Assembly (NCBI RefSeq): GCF_001194135.2
Contig: NC_068991.1
Location: 53,446,848-53,495,678 of the forward strand
Length of the DNA stretch: 48,831 nt
Reading direction: 5' to 3'
Origin: Octopus bimaculoides
Taxonomy: Eukaryota
Part shown: piece by piece, positions 23,861 through 34,961 of the stretch
Layout of the letters: every line of letters starts with the position of its first letter
Position numbering within the stretch: the stretch's first letter is position 1
The notes under the pieces: generated by a model
What the model saw: the letters and a program-made list of their open reading frames with translations, nothing else
Told to the model about the DNA's origin: nothing
Databases searched by the model: none
Program-made: the position numbers and the translations under genes

Positions 23861-24286
23861 CTACAAAACTAGGGAGTGAGAATGTTGCATCTGTAAGTTA
23901 GATGGGGGTTAAGGTATGAGGGAAGAGGTTGGAGTAGAACAGGTTCTTGTTGTAGAGGAACTACTTGGCTACTCCCATTTAGGGAAGAGAGTGAGAATGA
24001 ATTAGAGGTATCTCCAAGGTGACAGACAGGGGTGATGAGATGTCCAGGTGGCACCTCAGGTAGTAGGAGCAGTAGTGGGTTGTTGGGTGGGAAAGTGGAT
24101 GTTTGTGAGAATGTGTGTAGGGAAAAGATAGCGGAAGTAGGAGACGGAGATAGGCAGCATCTGTAAACATTGAAGGGAAGGGTGCATGAATTGGGAAGGC
24201 TACAGGTTTACTACACACACACACACGCACACACGCATGCACACACACACATACACACACAGATTAACACACACATACATATAGGT

Positions 24287-24585
24287 ACAGGCATGGCTGT
24301 ATAGTAAGAAGCTTGCTTCCCCACCACATGGTTCCAGGTTCAGTCCCACTGCGTAGCAAGTGTCCCACCTTGGGCAAATGTGTGTGTGTCTTTGTGTCTG
24401 TGTTTGTCTTTGTACTGCTTGACAACTGGCTTTGGTGTGTTTATTTCCCTGTAACTTAGCAGTTTGGCAAATGAGAATAAGCATCTGGGTTTAAAAAAAT
24501 TAAGTACAGGGGTTGATTCATTTGACTAAAAATTCTTCAAAGCAGTGCCCCAGCATGGCCACCGTCTAATGACTGAAACAAGTAA
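24287..24585 (+). mobile_element. SINE family A
   Basis: A/B boxes, internal deletion and 3' CCAGCATGGCC...GACTGAAACAAGTAA. Confidence 0.78.
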
Positions 24586-24599
24586 TATATATATACATA

Positions 24600-24715
24600 C
24601 TAGCACCTAAGCCCGGTTTCACCGCTTCGGTTTGGATGATGTGGCTGTAAAACCTGCTCTGTGTAAGCATTTGATTTATTTGGGCACGCTTACGTTAAAA
24701 AACAATTTTAGAATT
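24600..24715 (-). mobile_element. Probable Helitron 3' end
   Basis: Minus strand ...CGGT-gaa-ACCG GGCTTAGGTG CTAG|T. The rest runs into an N gap. Confidence 0.5.
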
Positions 24716-26871
24716 NNNNNNNNNNNNNNNNNNNNNNNNNNNNNNNNNNNNNNNNNNNNNNNNNNNNNNNNNNNNNNNNNNNNNNNNNNNNNNNNNNNNN
24801 NNNNNNNNNNNNNNNNNNNNNNNNNNNNNNNNNNNNNNNNNNNNNNNNNNNNNNNNNNNNNNNNNNNNNNNNNNNNNNNNNNNNNNNNNNNNNNAACAAG
24901 GATGAACCATCCCACTTCCATTGCGCATGCACATGCACACACACACACACACACACGTGCGCATTCACATACCCCACCCCCTTTTACATACACACATATA
25001 TTCATACAGAGTTGAAATGCTGTTTGATTTATTTTTTCAGCATATAATTTTCATAATCCCACTACCAAGTATGACATCACCCCTTCCTTCCTTATTCATC
25101 TATCACCCCTTCCTTTCTCATTCATAAACACAAGAGTATTATTATAGTAGATAATCTCGGTAACCATAGGAGCTATGAAAAAATACAAAGCCCAGCATCA
25201 CCACCAGATCATTCTACACATCTTGTGTAATTTTTCTTGCAATTTCACCCAGCCGTTTGACCTTGAATCCCAAGACAAGAAAGAATCACCCATGTCAAAT
25301 TTATATGTATGGATATATTAGCATAAAAGCCACCTGATAAGGTGGGCTTTTAAGCTAGCTCCTGTAGAGGGCTCTTCATTGGGACTTGGGCCCAATAATG
25401 ACACTTCATACATTGAGTACATATTAAATTTTATTAAACTTGACCAATATTTTTCAAGCAATGAACAATTTTCATCAAAACAATGATATGCAATTTGTCG
25501 ACTTGGAACTTATTGCAAAACTTCATGATAAACAACATTTTTTGTCTTCCCATTCGGGGCTCAGTACAATTTTCTTTTTCTGTGTAATCTTCTTCTTTCT
25601 CTCTCTCTCTCTCTTTCTGTTGATTGTTTTCAACCATCACCATCACCAGTGCAGCCATCATCGCCTCCACAAGTGCCATATGCAAACCATTCAGACTTCT
25701 GACGCCACTACCGTCAATACCTTTGACTTCGCCGCCTTCCCCTCCACCACCATCACCACTGTCTTTCACATCGCTTACTATCACTGTCATCCCTGACTGC
25801 CTTGGCTTCCACCACCACCGCCATCATCACCATCACATCCACCTCTGTCACAACTACAGCTCATACTATTACTACCACCCCATTACCATCTCAACTATCA
25901 ATCTACTACTGCCCTCACCATCTCTCTGCTTACTATTACTCTCAACCCAGTAAGCAGGGTCGAAGTGTCATTGAATAGTGAGAAAGGAGTTCAAAGTGTG
26001 ACACACTGACACACAGAAATTCGTTTTGGCATTTATCATTATTGATATATATATATATATATANNNNNNNNNNNNNNNNNNNNNNNNNNNNNNNNNNNNN
26101 NNNNNNNNNNNNNNNNNNNNNNNNNNNNNNNNNNNNNNNNNNNNNNNNNNNNNNNNNNNNNNNNNNNNNNNNNNNNNNNNNNNNNNNNNNNNNNNNNNNN
26201 NNNNNNNNNNNNNNNNNNNNNNNNNNNNNNNNNNNNNNNNNNNNNNNNNNNNNNNNNNNNNNNNNNNNNNNNNNNNNNNNNNNNNNNNNNNNNNNNNNNN
26301 NNNNNNNNNNNNNNNNNNNNNNNNNNNNNNNNNNNNNNNNNNNNNNNNNNNNNNNNNNNNNNNNNNNNNNNNNNNNNNNNNNNNNNNNNNNNNNNNNNNN
26401 NNNNNNNNNNNNNNNNNNNNNNNNNNNNNNNNNNNNNNNNNNNNNNNNNNNNNNNNNNNNNNNNNNNNNNNNNNNNNNNNNNNNNNNNNNNNNNNNNNNN
26501 NNNNNNNNNNNNNNNNNNNNNNNNNNNNNNNNNNNNNNNNNNNNNNNNNNNNNNNNNNNNNNNNNNNNNNNNNNNNNNNNNNNNNNNNNNNNNNNNNNNN
26601 NNNNNNNNNNNNNNNNNNNNNNNNNNNNNNNNNNNNNNNNNNNNNNNNNNNNNNNNNNNNNNNNNNNNNNNNNNNNNNNNNNNNNNNNNNNNNNNNNNNN
26701 NNNNNNNNNNNNNNNNNNNNNNNNNNNNNNNNNNNNNNNNNNNNNNNNNNNNNNNNNNNNNNNNNNNNNNNNNNNNNNNNNNNNNNNNNNNNNNNNNNNN
26801 NNNNNNNNNNNNNNNNNNNNNNNNNNNNNNNNNNNNNNNNNNNNNNNNNNNNNNNNNNNNNNNNNNNNNNN

Positions 26872-26899
<28 letters not shown>

Positions 26900-26905
<6 letters not shown>

Positions 26906-27055
26906 GCTTCTTTCAGTTTCCATCTACCAAATCCACTTACAGAGCTTTAATTGGTCTGAGGCTGTAGTAGAACACATTTGTCCAAGGTACCACAGTGAGA
27001 CTGAACCCAGAACTATGTGATTGGGAAGCAAACTTCTTCCCACACAGTCACACCT
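26900..27055 (-). mobile_element. SINE family A 5' part
   Basis: GGGCTTCTTTCAGTTTCC...CCAAGGTACC...CCCACACAGTCAC. Confidence 0.7.
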
Positions 27056-27163
27056 ATGCTTTCTGTTTATCAGATTTCAACTTACAGTTCTATATTTAAG
27101 ATATGAGGAATTATTTACATTATTTACATTTGACTGATATTTGTCCTCATCTTGTTTGTTGTT

Positions 27164-27209
27164 AACACAACGTTTCGGCTGATATACCTTCCAGCCTTCG
27201 TCAGGTGTC
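27164..27209 (-). ncRNA. Minimal type I hammerhead ribozyme, Penelope-like element type
   Basis: Minus strand GACAC-CUGACGA-A-GGCUG-gaagguauau-CAGCC-GAAA-CG-UU^-GUGUU. Catalytic boxes intact, 5-bp stem II, 5-bp stem I (one G-U), palindromic ACGU stem III. Confidence 0.75.
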
Positions 27210-27254
27210 TTGGGGAAATTTCGAACCTGGGTTCTCATTCCTAACGATGTTACT

Positions 27255-27267
27255 ATTATTATTATTA

Positions 27268-27306
<39 letters not shown>

Positions 27307-27310
27307 TATT
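27255..27310. repeat. (TAT)n microsatellite
   Basis: Direct inspection. Confidence 0.95.
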
Positions 27311-28258
27311 AATCAGGTCGCTGCCGTGAATAAGGGTAGAAGAACATCGCAAAGCTGTGACACNNNNNNNNNNNNNNNNNNNNNNNNNNNNNNNNNNNNN
27401 NNNNNNNNNNNNNNNNNNNNNNNNNNNNNNNNNNNNNNNNNNNNNNNNNNNNNNNNNNNNNNNNNNNNNNNNNNNNNNNNNNNNNNNNNNNNNNNNNNNN
27501 NNNNNNNNNNNNNNNNNNNNNNNNNNNNNNNNNNNNNNNNNNNNNNNNNNNNNNNNNNNNNNNNNNNNNNNNNNNNNNNNNNNNNNNNNNNNNNNNNNNN
27601 NNNNNNNNNNNNNNNNNNNNNNNNNNNNNNNNNNNNNNNNNNNNNNNNNNNNNNNNNNNNNNNNNNNNNNNNNNNNNNNNNNNNNNNNNNNNNNNNNNNN
27701 NNNNNNNNNNNNNNNNNNNNNNNNNNNNNNNNNNNNNNNNNNNNNNNNNNNNNNNNNNNNNNNNNNNNNNNNNNNNNNNNNNNNNNNNNNNNNNNNNNNN
27801 NNNNNNNNNNNNNNNNNNNNNNNNNNNNNNNNNNNNNNNNNNNNNNNNNNNNNNNNNNNNNNNNNNNNNNNNNNNNNNNNNNNNNNNNNNNNNNNNNNNN
27901 NNNNNNNNNNNNNNNNNNNNNNNNNNNNNNNNNNNNNNNNNNNNNNNNNNNNNNNNNNNNNNNNNNNNNNNNNNNNNNNNNNNNNNNNNNNNNNNNNNNN
28001 NNNNNNNNNNNNNNNNNNNNNNNNNNNNNNNNNNNNNNNNNNNNNNNNNNNNNNNNNNNNNNNNNNNNNNNNNNNNNNNNNNNNNNNNNNNNNNNNNNNN
28101 NNNNNNNNNNNNNNNNNNNNNNNNNNNNNNNNNNNNNNNNNNNNNNNNNNNNNNNNNNNNNNNNNNNNNNNNNNNNNNNNNNNNNNNNNNNNNNNNNNNN
28201 NNNNNNNNNNNNNNNNNNNNNNNNNNNNNNNNNNNNNNNNNNNNNNNNNNNNNNNNNN

Positions 28259-28628
28259 GGAATCGTAACCAGCGTCGCCTTCTAGCACTTGTGCTGGTGG
28301 CACGTTAGAAAATCATTCGAGCGAGGTCGTTGCCAGTGCCGCTGGACTGGCTCCCGTGCAGGTGGCACGTAAAAACACCTTTTTGAGCGTGGCCGTTGCC
28401 AGTACCGTGTGACTGGCCCTCGTGCCGGTGGCACGTAAAAACACCCTCTACACTATCTGAGTGGTTGGCGTTAGGAAGGGCATCCAGCTGTAGAAACTCT
28501 GCCAGATCAGATTGGTGCCTGGTGCAGCCTTCTGGCTTGCCAGTCCTCAGTCAAATCATCTAACCCATGCTAGCATGGAAAGCAGACGTTAAATGACGAC
28601 GACGACGACGATGATGATGATGATGATT
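28259..28628 (+). mobile_element. SINE family C, long copy
   Basis: Repeated GGTGGCACGTAAAA modules, GGTTGGCGTTAGGAAGGG core and (GAC)/(GAT)n tail. Confidence 0.82.
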
Positions 28629-29427
28629 GAAACAAAAACGTTAGAAGATCATTGTTTTAGGGATCTTAACCATTCAGCATTGATCCAGATTAGGCAGACA
28701 TGATATGCAGTGGAATTAAGGAAACTCCTCAAAGTTTGATTCCAAGTCTTATGTATGGGCAAAATTGCTGATTCAATTCTTACATATCACACTGATAACA
28801 ATGGAGTTATTTACCTTTCATCTTTTATTTGTTTCGGTCATTGGACTGTGGTCATGCTGGGGCACTGCTTCGAATGATTTAGTCAAACAAATCGACTGCA
28901 GTACTTTTTAAGCCTGGTACTTGCTGAACTGTTAAGTTACAGTGACATAAACAAACCAACTTCAGTTGTCATGTGGTGGTGGGAACATGAAACGCGCGCA
29001 CGCGCACGCACACACAAACACACGTAAAATGCTAATATGGTATTCTCATCCAAAATGGAGACGAGTACCAACACCTTCATGTGACACACTCAAACAATTG
29101 TAAAGATCCCTTCACATGAAACTATTGGTAGCCTTGTTAACCCACAAATAAAGTATATATATAAGCATGGTGGGTAAAATGCTTAGCGGCATTTCATCCA
29201 GCTTCACGTTCTGAGTTCAAATGATGCCAAGGTCGACTGTCTTTATATATATATATATATATATTGATTATATGTATTTATTGTCTCTTAGTTAACAGTT
29301 AACTCCGACAAAACAAACTGGTTAATAGCTACCAGGGTAGCAAAGATCACAAAATGACTGTGGTGTAACTCCTGTTTACGAGGTAGAAACTCCCTGTTAG
29401 TTTGGGGTATTTGAGTAAATATAAAAT

Positions 29428-30068
29428 TTAATAAATGGAGTATATGTTGTTATCTTTAAGTCCCCAAATTAATTTGCTAAGACTCGTGGTGTTGCGTTTA
29501 TTTCTATCCCTAAAAGAGGAATAATGGTTTGATATTCTTCTGGAAATTGGCGAGGAGGAAGATCCAATGTAAAACGATACATCAGTAGGGGTGGTGACTT
29601 TGCATTGATATATAATGTTCTTGGATTTCACATTATCACTTAAAAAACTAATTCTGTTGCTATTAACTTCCGAAATAATCATGTTGTTGTGGTAATTATT
29701 ATTATTATATTTCTTATTATAATTATTGTTACTTAGGTTATTATCTGTATTGTTATTGTTATAATGGTGATGGTTTGTATTGTCGGAATTAATGTTATTG
29801 CTATCGGTACCCGTGTGCGAATTTAATAGTCTCATATCGTGTGCGGATATTATTTGCGAGATATTTTTAGTGTTTGAAAATCCTAATCTAACCTTGTGCG
29901 TGTTAATGACTGGGAAGTAGTGAGAATGTCTTGGAAAATTCTTATTAACAGCATTTCGGAACTGGGAAACCAGATTTGATTTAATCTGTTTTCCAAATGG
30001 AATTATGAACCAGATATTTTTATCAGATTCAGGTTTTGTATGTGTGTTATTATTTCTAAAAAACTTCA

Positions 30069-30069
<1 letters not shown>
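29428..30069 (-). mobile_element. Penelope-like element C-terminal ORF with GIY-YIG endonuclease
   Basis: 213 codons without a stop: IWFIIPF...KNFP..H...INTHKVRLGFSNTKNISQIISAH, then NIIYQCKV...YIGSS...RISNHYSSF...TSLSKLIWGLKDNNI, matching the PLE linker plus GIY-YIG pattern. Confidence 0.85.
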
Positions 30070-30070
<1 letters not shown>

Positions 30071-30123
<53 letters not shown>

Positions 30124-30124
30124 T
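30071..30124. repeat. (TTA)n microsatellite abutting the PLE ORF start
   Basis: Direct inspection. Confidence 0.95.
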
Positions 30125-30474
30125 AAAAAGGGTTTAAATTGTCGGTTACCTCCCCTATAATGTAAAAAAGCGTTTGACTATGTTATTGTCAATAGGGTTA
30201 TGATGAGGACAATCATTGTATTTATCGTTACTATCAATTTTAATATCTTTATTATCATAGGTAGAACGATCGTAAGTAGAATTAATGTATTTGACCTTTT
30301 CTTTATATCCTGCTTTTAGTACGTAAAGACAGAAGAAATACCGTTAAGCATTTTACCTGGCGTGCTAACGTTTCTGCTAGCTCGTCACCTTTCATTAACT
30401 GAATAATACAATTAAAAGAATCAAAATTGTCAAATTCTGTTGATAATTGCTTAAGATGTTGGTCAAGGAGATAT

Positions 30475-30600
30475 TGTCATATTGGTTTTGAAATTTTGGC
30501 ACAATGCCAGCAATTTCGGGAGTGAAAAAAGAGAGGATGAAATGTCGCTAAACATTTTACCCGGTGTGCCTACAATTCTGCCAGCTCAACTCCTTAAGTT
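30475..30600 (-). mobile_element. SINE family B, internally deleted
   Basis: Family B tail joined to head (CTGCCAGCTC). Confidence 0.6.
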
Positions 30601-30656
30601 CTACATGACTTTTCAGAAACCTATATGTGTAACAGAACAACTTTGCAGATATTGAG

Positions 30657-31045
30657 AGGCAGGTATGGCTGTGTAGTAAGAAGCTTGCTTCCTAATTTCA
30701 TGGTTCTGGGTTTAGTCCCACTGTGTGGGCAAGTGTCTTTCTACTATAGTCTCGGGTCAACCAAAGCCTTGTGAGTGGATTCAGTAGATGGAAACTGAAA
30801 GAAGCCTGTCATATGTGTGTGTGTTTGTCTCCTACTACTGCCTGACAACCAGTGTTGGCATATTTACATCCCCGTAACTTAGCAGTTCGGTAAAAGAGAC
30901 CGAGAGAATAAGTACCAGGCTTCACAAAAAGAAAAAGAAAATAAGTATTGGGATCGATTCATTCGACAAAAAATTCTTCGAGACAGTGCCCCAGCATGGC
31001 CGCAGTCCATTAACTGAAACAAGTAAAAGATAAAAGATAAAAGAT
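30657..31045 (+). mobile_element. SINE family A
   Basis: Full body with (AAAAGAT)n tail. Confidence 0.82.
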
Positions 31046-31434
31046 TCCTGAATTGAGCAAGATATCTTAGGGTCAAACCAGAGATATATATACAAGAAGC
31101 TGATAGCTGAGAGGTCAGATTCTTGTTAGAGTCGCTCAAAAAAAAAAATGAAATGATAATTGCACGGACATGTTAGGAAGATAAATAAAACCCCACTGCA
31201 GTACAAAACAGTTAATCTTAATCCTGTGTGCTTTTATTTACTAAAGTTTAACATTCGAGTATGGTCTCGTTGTTTCTCCACAATGGCGACCTTCCCCTGT
31301 CAACACGTGACCACTGCAGTAAATCTAGTAAATCTACCAAATAAGTAAACAAAACTAGACATGAATGAAGACAATGAATTGCTCAGTTAATCCAATAAAG
31401 CTATCTTGTTATTGTTATTTTTGTTATTGGCAGT

Positions 31435-31865
31435 AAAGTGGTGAGCTGGCAGAATCGTTAGCATACCGGGCAAAATGCTCAGCGGCATTTCGTCCGTGTT
31501 CACATTCTGCGTTCAAATGATGCCAAGGTCGACTTTGCCTTACATCCTTTCAGGGTCGATAAAATAAATACCAATTGAATACTGGGATCGATGTAATTAA
31601 CTAAACCTCCACCAGTCAAAATTTTAAAATCAGCATTATTAAATATATTAAGACGGCGAGCTGGCAGATTTGTAAGCGTGTCGGGAATAATACTTAGCGG
31701 CATTTCGTCCATCTTCACGTTCTTAGTTCAAATGATGTCAAGGTCGACTTTGCCTGTCATCCTTTCGAAGTCGATAAAATAAGCACCAGTTGAAGATTGG
31801 GGTCGATGTAATCGACTTTCACCCTCCTCCAAAACTGCTTCCCCTGTACCAAAATTTGAATTCAT
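31435..31865 (+). mobile_element. Two tandem SINE family B copies
   Basis: GAGCTGGCAGA heads at about 31443 and 31658, each with the central domain. Confidence 0.8.
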
Positions 31866-31964
31866 TATTGTTATTCATAGTAGCTGTAGTGGCTAATCTA
31901 GTGAAAGTATGATATCCAAGAAAGAAATTATAGATTTGTTACTTTTTGACAACAAAATTTCTGG

Positions 31965-32215
31965 TCCCACGTAAAAAGCACTCATCCTGGTGCCATGTAT
32001 AAAGTACCCGTGTTGGTGCCACGTAAAAAGTACCGGTGCTAGTGCCACGTAAAACGCACCGTTACTGGTGCCTCGTATAAAGCACCTGTGCTAGTTACAC
32101 GTATAAAGCGCCCATGCTGTTGTTATGTATAAAACACAGGTGTTGGTCCCATGTAAAAAAGCACCTGGTACTCTCTGTAAAGTGGCTGGCGTTAGGAAAG
32201 GCATCTAACTGTAGA
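31965..32215 (+). mobile_element. SINE family C with expanded ~26-bp module array
   Basis: About 8 copies of (C/T)TGGTGCCACGTAAAAAGCACC-like units before the GGCTGGCGTTAGGAA core. Confidence 0.75.
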
Positions 32216-32224
32216 AACCCTGGT

Positions 32225-32420
32225 GCTGGTACGGGTATGTAATGTGTATGGATGAGTAGAGCTGTTTAAATAAGTGTGGTTCACTTCTGGAATCCGTGGA
32301 AGAGTGAAACCTAGAAAGGTATGGGGTAAAGTGGTGAAGGCTGATATCAGGATGCTGAGCTTTATAGAGTGGATGACAAATGACCAAGATGACTGCAGAC
32401 GCAGTGCTTGAGGACACCCA
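32225..32420 (+). pseudogene. RTE-clade LINE ORF C-terminal fragment
   Basis: WYGYVMCMDE.SCLNKC...KPRKVWGKVVKADIRML. Confidence 0.7.
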
Positions 32421-32974
32421 CACATTTACGCAAGCAAGACAAAATTGACATTAAAATGGTAATGGGGGCTAGAAGCATAATGTAGGCCCCTCATCCAATG
32501 TATCTCTGCTGTTTCCTACTCGTCCTTCTAACATTCTTCAATCCACTGCACTTTTCTGCAACTGTAATTAATGAAAGCATAACCCATTGCTACGTATCTC
32601 ATTAGTCTTTCTGTTCTGCCAGTCATTACTCCCACTGTCTTGAGCCATCATTCTGACCGCTGTCTTCCTTCATTCACCCTTGACTTCCATCACTCCTACT
32701 TTCATCACCCACATCTTCCTCTTCTCGTAATTCTTATCCACCCTTCTTGATCCTCCTGTTGCCACACTCTCTCCTATTCACCTACTTGGTCATGGTACCT
32801 CAAGGGTATGCTCTGGCTCCGCAGAACCATCATCTTTATTTCTCTTTCTCACACCACTGCATAAACCCCCTTATCATTCCCCACACATGCATATTCAAAT
32901 ATGAATTACAAGCAGCGCTAGTGTTGTAAACGTTATCGACATGAAAGTTAAGTATGCGTAGTTGATGATACATA

Positions 32975-33237
32975 TATATTGTAGAAACAATTCCTATCAT
33001 AGTAGGTGCCTTAGGTATAATAAAAAAAATATTCAGACAAATACATAACAAAAACACCAGGACTTACAAATATATATAACATACAGAAAATTGCACTACT
33101 GGGCACTGCACACACTCTACGCAAAACACTTTCAATACAGTAACCATAAGAGCATCACAGCAAACCACAGCACATACCCAAGGCACACAGAGCTGCGCTC
33201 GGTAGTGAAGTGAAAGCACGTTATAAAAATAAAACTA

Positions 33238-33289
<52 letters not shown>

Positions 33290-33290
33290 T
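32975..33290 (+). mobile_element. R4/Dong-like RLE non-LTR retrotransposon 3' end with (AAT)n tail
   Basis: VETIPIIVGALGIIKK[+1 frameshift]YSDKYITKTPGLTNIYNIQKIALLGTAHTLRKTLSIQ* (TAA 33141-33143), short 3' UTR, (AAT)n 33241-33290. Confidence 0.75.
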
Positions 33291-33359
33291 ATTCATATAC
33301 ATATATTGTGATTTGGCATCCAATTTTCCCAATAATTTACTTCCACGTCTGAAATCTTA

Positions 33360-34010
33360 AACAAATACAAGCTGAGAAGAATGGGAAATCATTAATGATC
33401 TCAAGGATGATCAGAATATAATTATGAAAGAAGCTGATAAATGCGAGTGCTGTAGTCATTATGGATTCAGAACAATACATAAACACTACTCTAGGTATTG
33501 TCAATTACAGTCTCTTCGAGACAATACCTGCTATGAAAAGATTAACAATTACAGTCAATTCAAAATAATGACAAAGCTCACTAACTTCATCCAACAGTTC
33601 CAACAAGATTTAATGGAAAAGAAAAAAAAAGACTAAACAAAATTTGACTGCAAAACCAGCAACTCTTACGAGTTTCCAAAACTCTACATGAGTGAAGCCA
33701 TAAAGGAAGCCTTTAGCAGATCAACCTCAATAATCATTAATTTTCCACATCCCTGAGTTCTCAAAATAAGACCAATTTTGGCCAGTTCATCCTGTGAGAC
33801 ACACACATTGAGCAACTTCATTGATCTTCTAAAATCCATTCTTCAGCATATACCAAGCTTCATAAGAGATGACTTGAACTTTTAAACCACCTCCCGAGCA
33901 AAACCAGCATGGACTCTCTTTTTATCTCATTCGATAATATAAATCTCTACACCTCGATTCCTCACGAATACGGAATAGAAGTTATACAACTCAAGCTGGA
34001 AAAGTTCACT
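33360..34010 (+). pseudogene. Penelope-like element RT N-terminal fragment, decayed
   Basis: EEWEIINDLKDDQNIIMKEADK..SAVVIMD..Y, FPKL(H), IRPILA, HIPSFIRDD, FISFDNINLYTSIPHEYGI. Multiple frameshifts. Confidence 0.8.
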
Positions 34011-34148
34011 ACACTGTCCTTATCTCACTCTCACTCACTCTCAATAACCCCTGACACTGCACTTTCTCTTTCCTAAATACTCTCCTCCCACCAACAATAA
34101 ACCTGGTTATCCCTTCATACTTCAACTTCTCAACATTTTAATCAAAGT

Positions 34149-34556
34149 TGTAGTGGCGCGAGATTATAGCCGCCATTGAGGAAGTACTATTCTGCGCATG
34201 CGCACGGGACTTTACCACCGGAAGCCCCTCGAGTTGAGCATGCGTAGTAAAACTCGTACTTAAGAAGCAGTTAGTTTCAATTTCTCGGTGAGTTGAGCTG
34301 AGACCTTCTACGTAACAACACCTCGCTCCTCCACGAAGCATTTTTACACTGTTCTCTGGCAGGCATCAAGGAAGCCCTTAACCTTCCAATACCAAACTAC
34401 AACTTAATCAGCGGCTGCTAAGCTGAATGACAGGAATTTGTATAACCCAGTATCATCATAAATAAAACCTTTTTATTATATTGTTAATTGTTCTACTGTT
34501 TCTTAATATATAATTTTGTTGAAAGGTGATAGAGAGAGACTAAAGTCTCTATGACA
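34149..34556 (+). mobile_element. Candidate solo LTR
   Basis: TGTAGT...ATGACA termini, AATAAA 34461, GC-rich 5' part, subterminal hairpin AGAGAC-taaa-GTCTCT. No TSD found. Confidence 0.4.
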
Positions 34557-34961
34557 ACTACCAAACTTTTACAAAGTCACCATCCTCTCTTCTATTCTTC
34601 CCCTCTGTCATGGGGGTAGGGAGGTCTCTTAAGGCTTGTGCGATACAACGTGGCCTCACTAGTGCTTGTGCCACAGAAAACGTTTTGTCCACACTCTGTA
34701 AACCAAGCCAAAACGCTGAGACATTGCAGTAAGACGACGTCCACCGATCGTTGGATCCTATCGACTCGTCAAACGCATGTTTGCATGGAAAAGACATAAA
34801 ATTACACACACGCACACACACACACACGTATTGCTATCCATCGCTTTCATCTCTCTTTTATTTACCTCAATGACTCATCTTTATTGTTTCCTATTCTTTT
34901 CTTAATCAAATTGCTGATCTTATTTTATATTCCGTGTCCTTGACCGCCATGCAACTTTCTC

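Larger units (their letters stand above)
11438..28258. other. Assembly gaps at 11438-11524, 14046-14088, 24716-24894, 26064-26871, 27364-28258
   Basis: N runs, mostly next to microsatellites or repeats. Confidence 1.

Noticed and set aside
25325-25351. Rho-independent terminator
   Set aside because: Eukaryotic context. The hairpin is more plausibly of transposon origin.
25434-25953. ORFs of 109-118 aa with His/Pro/Thr runs
   Set aside because: Low-complexity (CAC/CAT)n DNA with no domain motifs or convincing splice signals.
26026-28303. Long ORFs of 286-408 aa
   Set aside because: They consist almost entirely of N-gap codons.
31965-32170. CRISPR-like repeat array
   Set aside because: Units are degenerate, head-to-tail, lack unique spacers, sit inside a eukaryotic SINE, and there are no cas genes.
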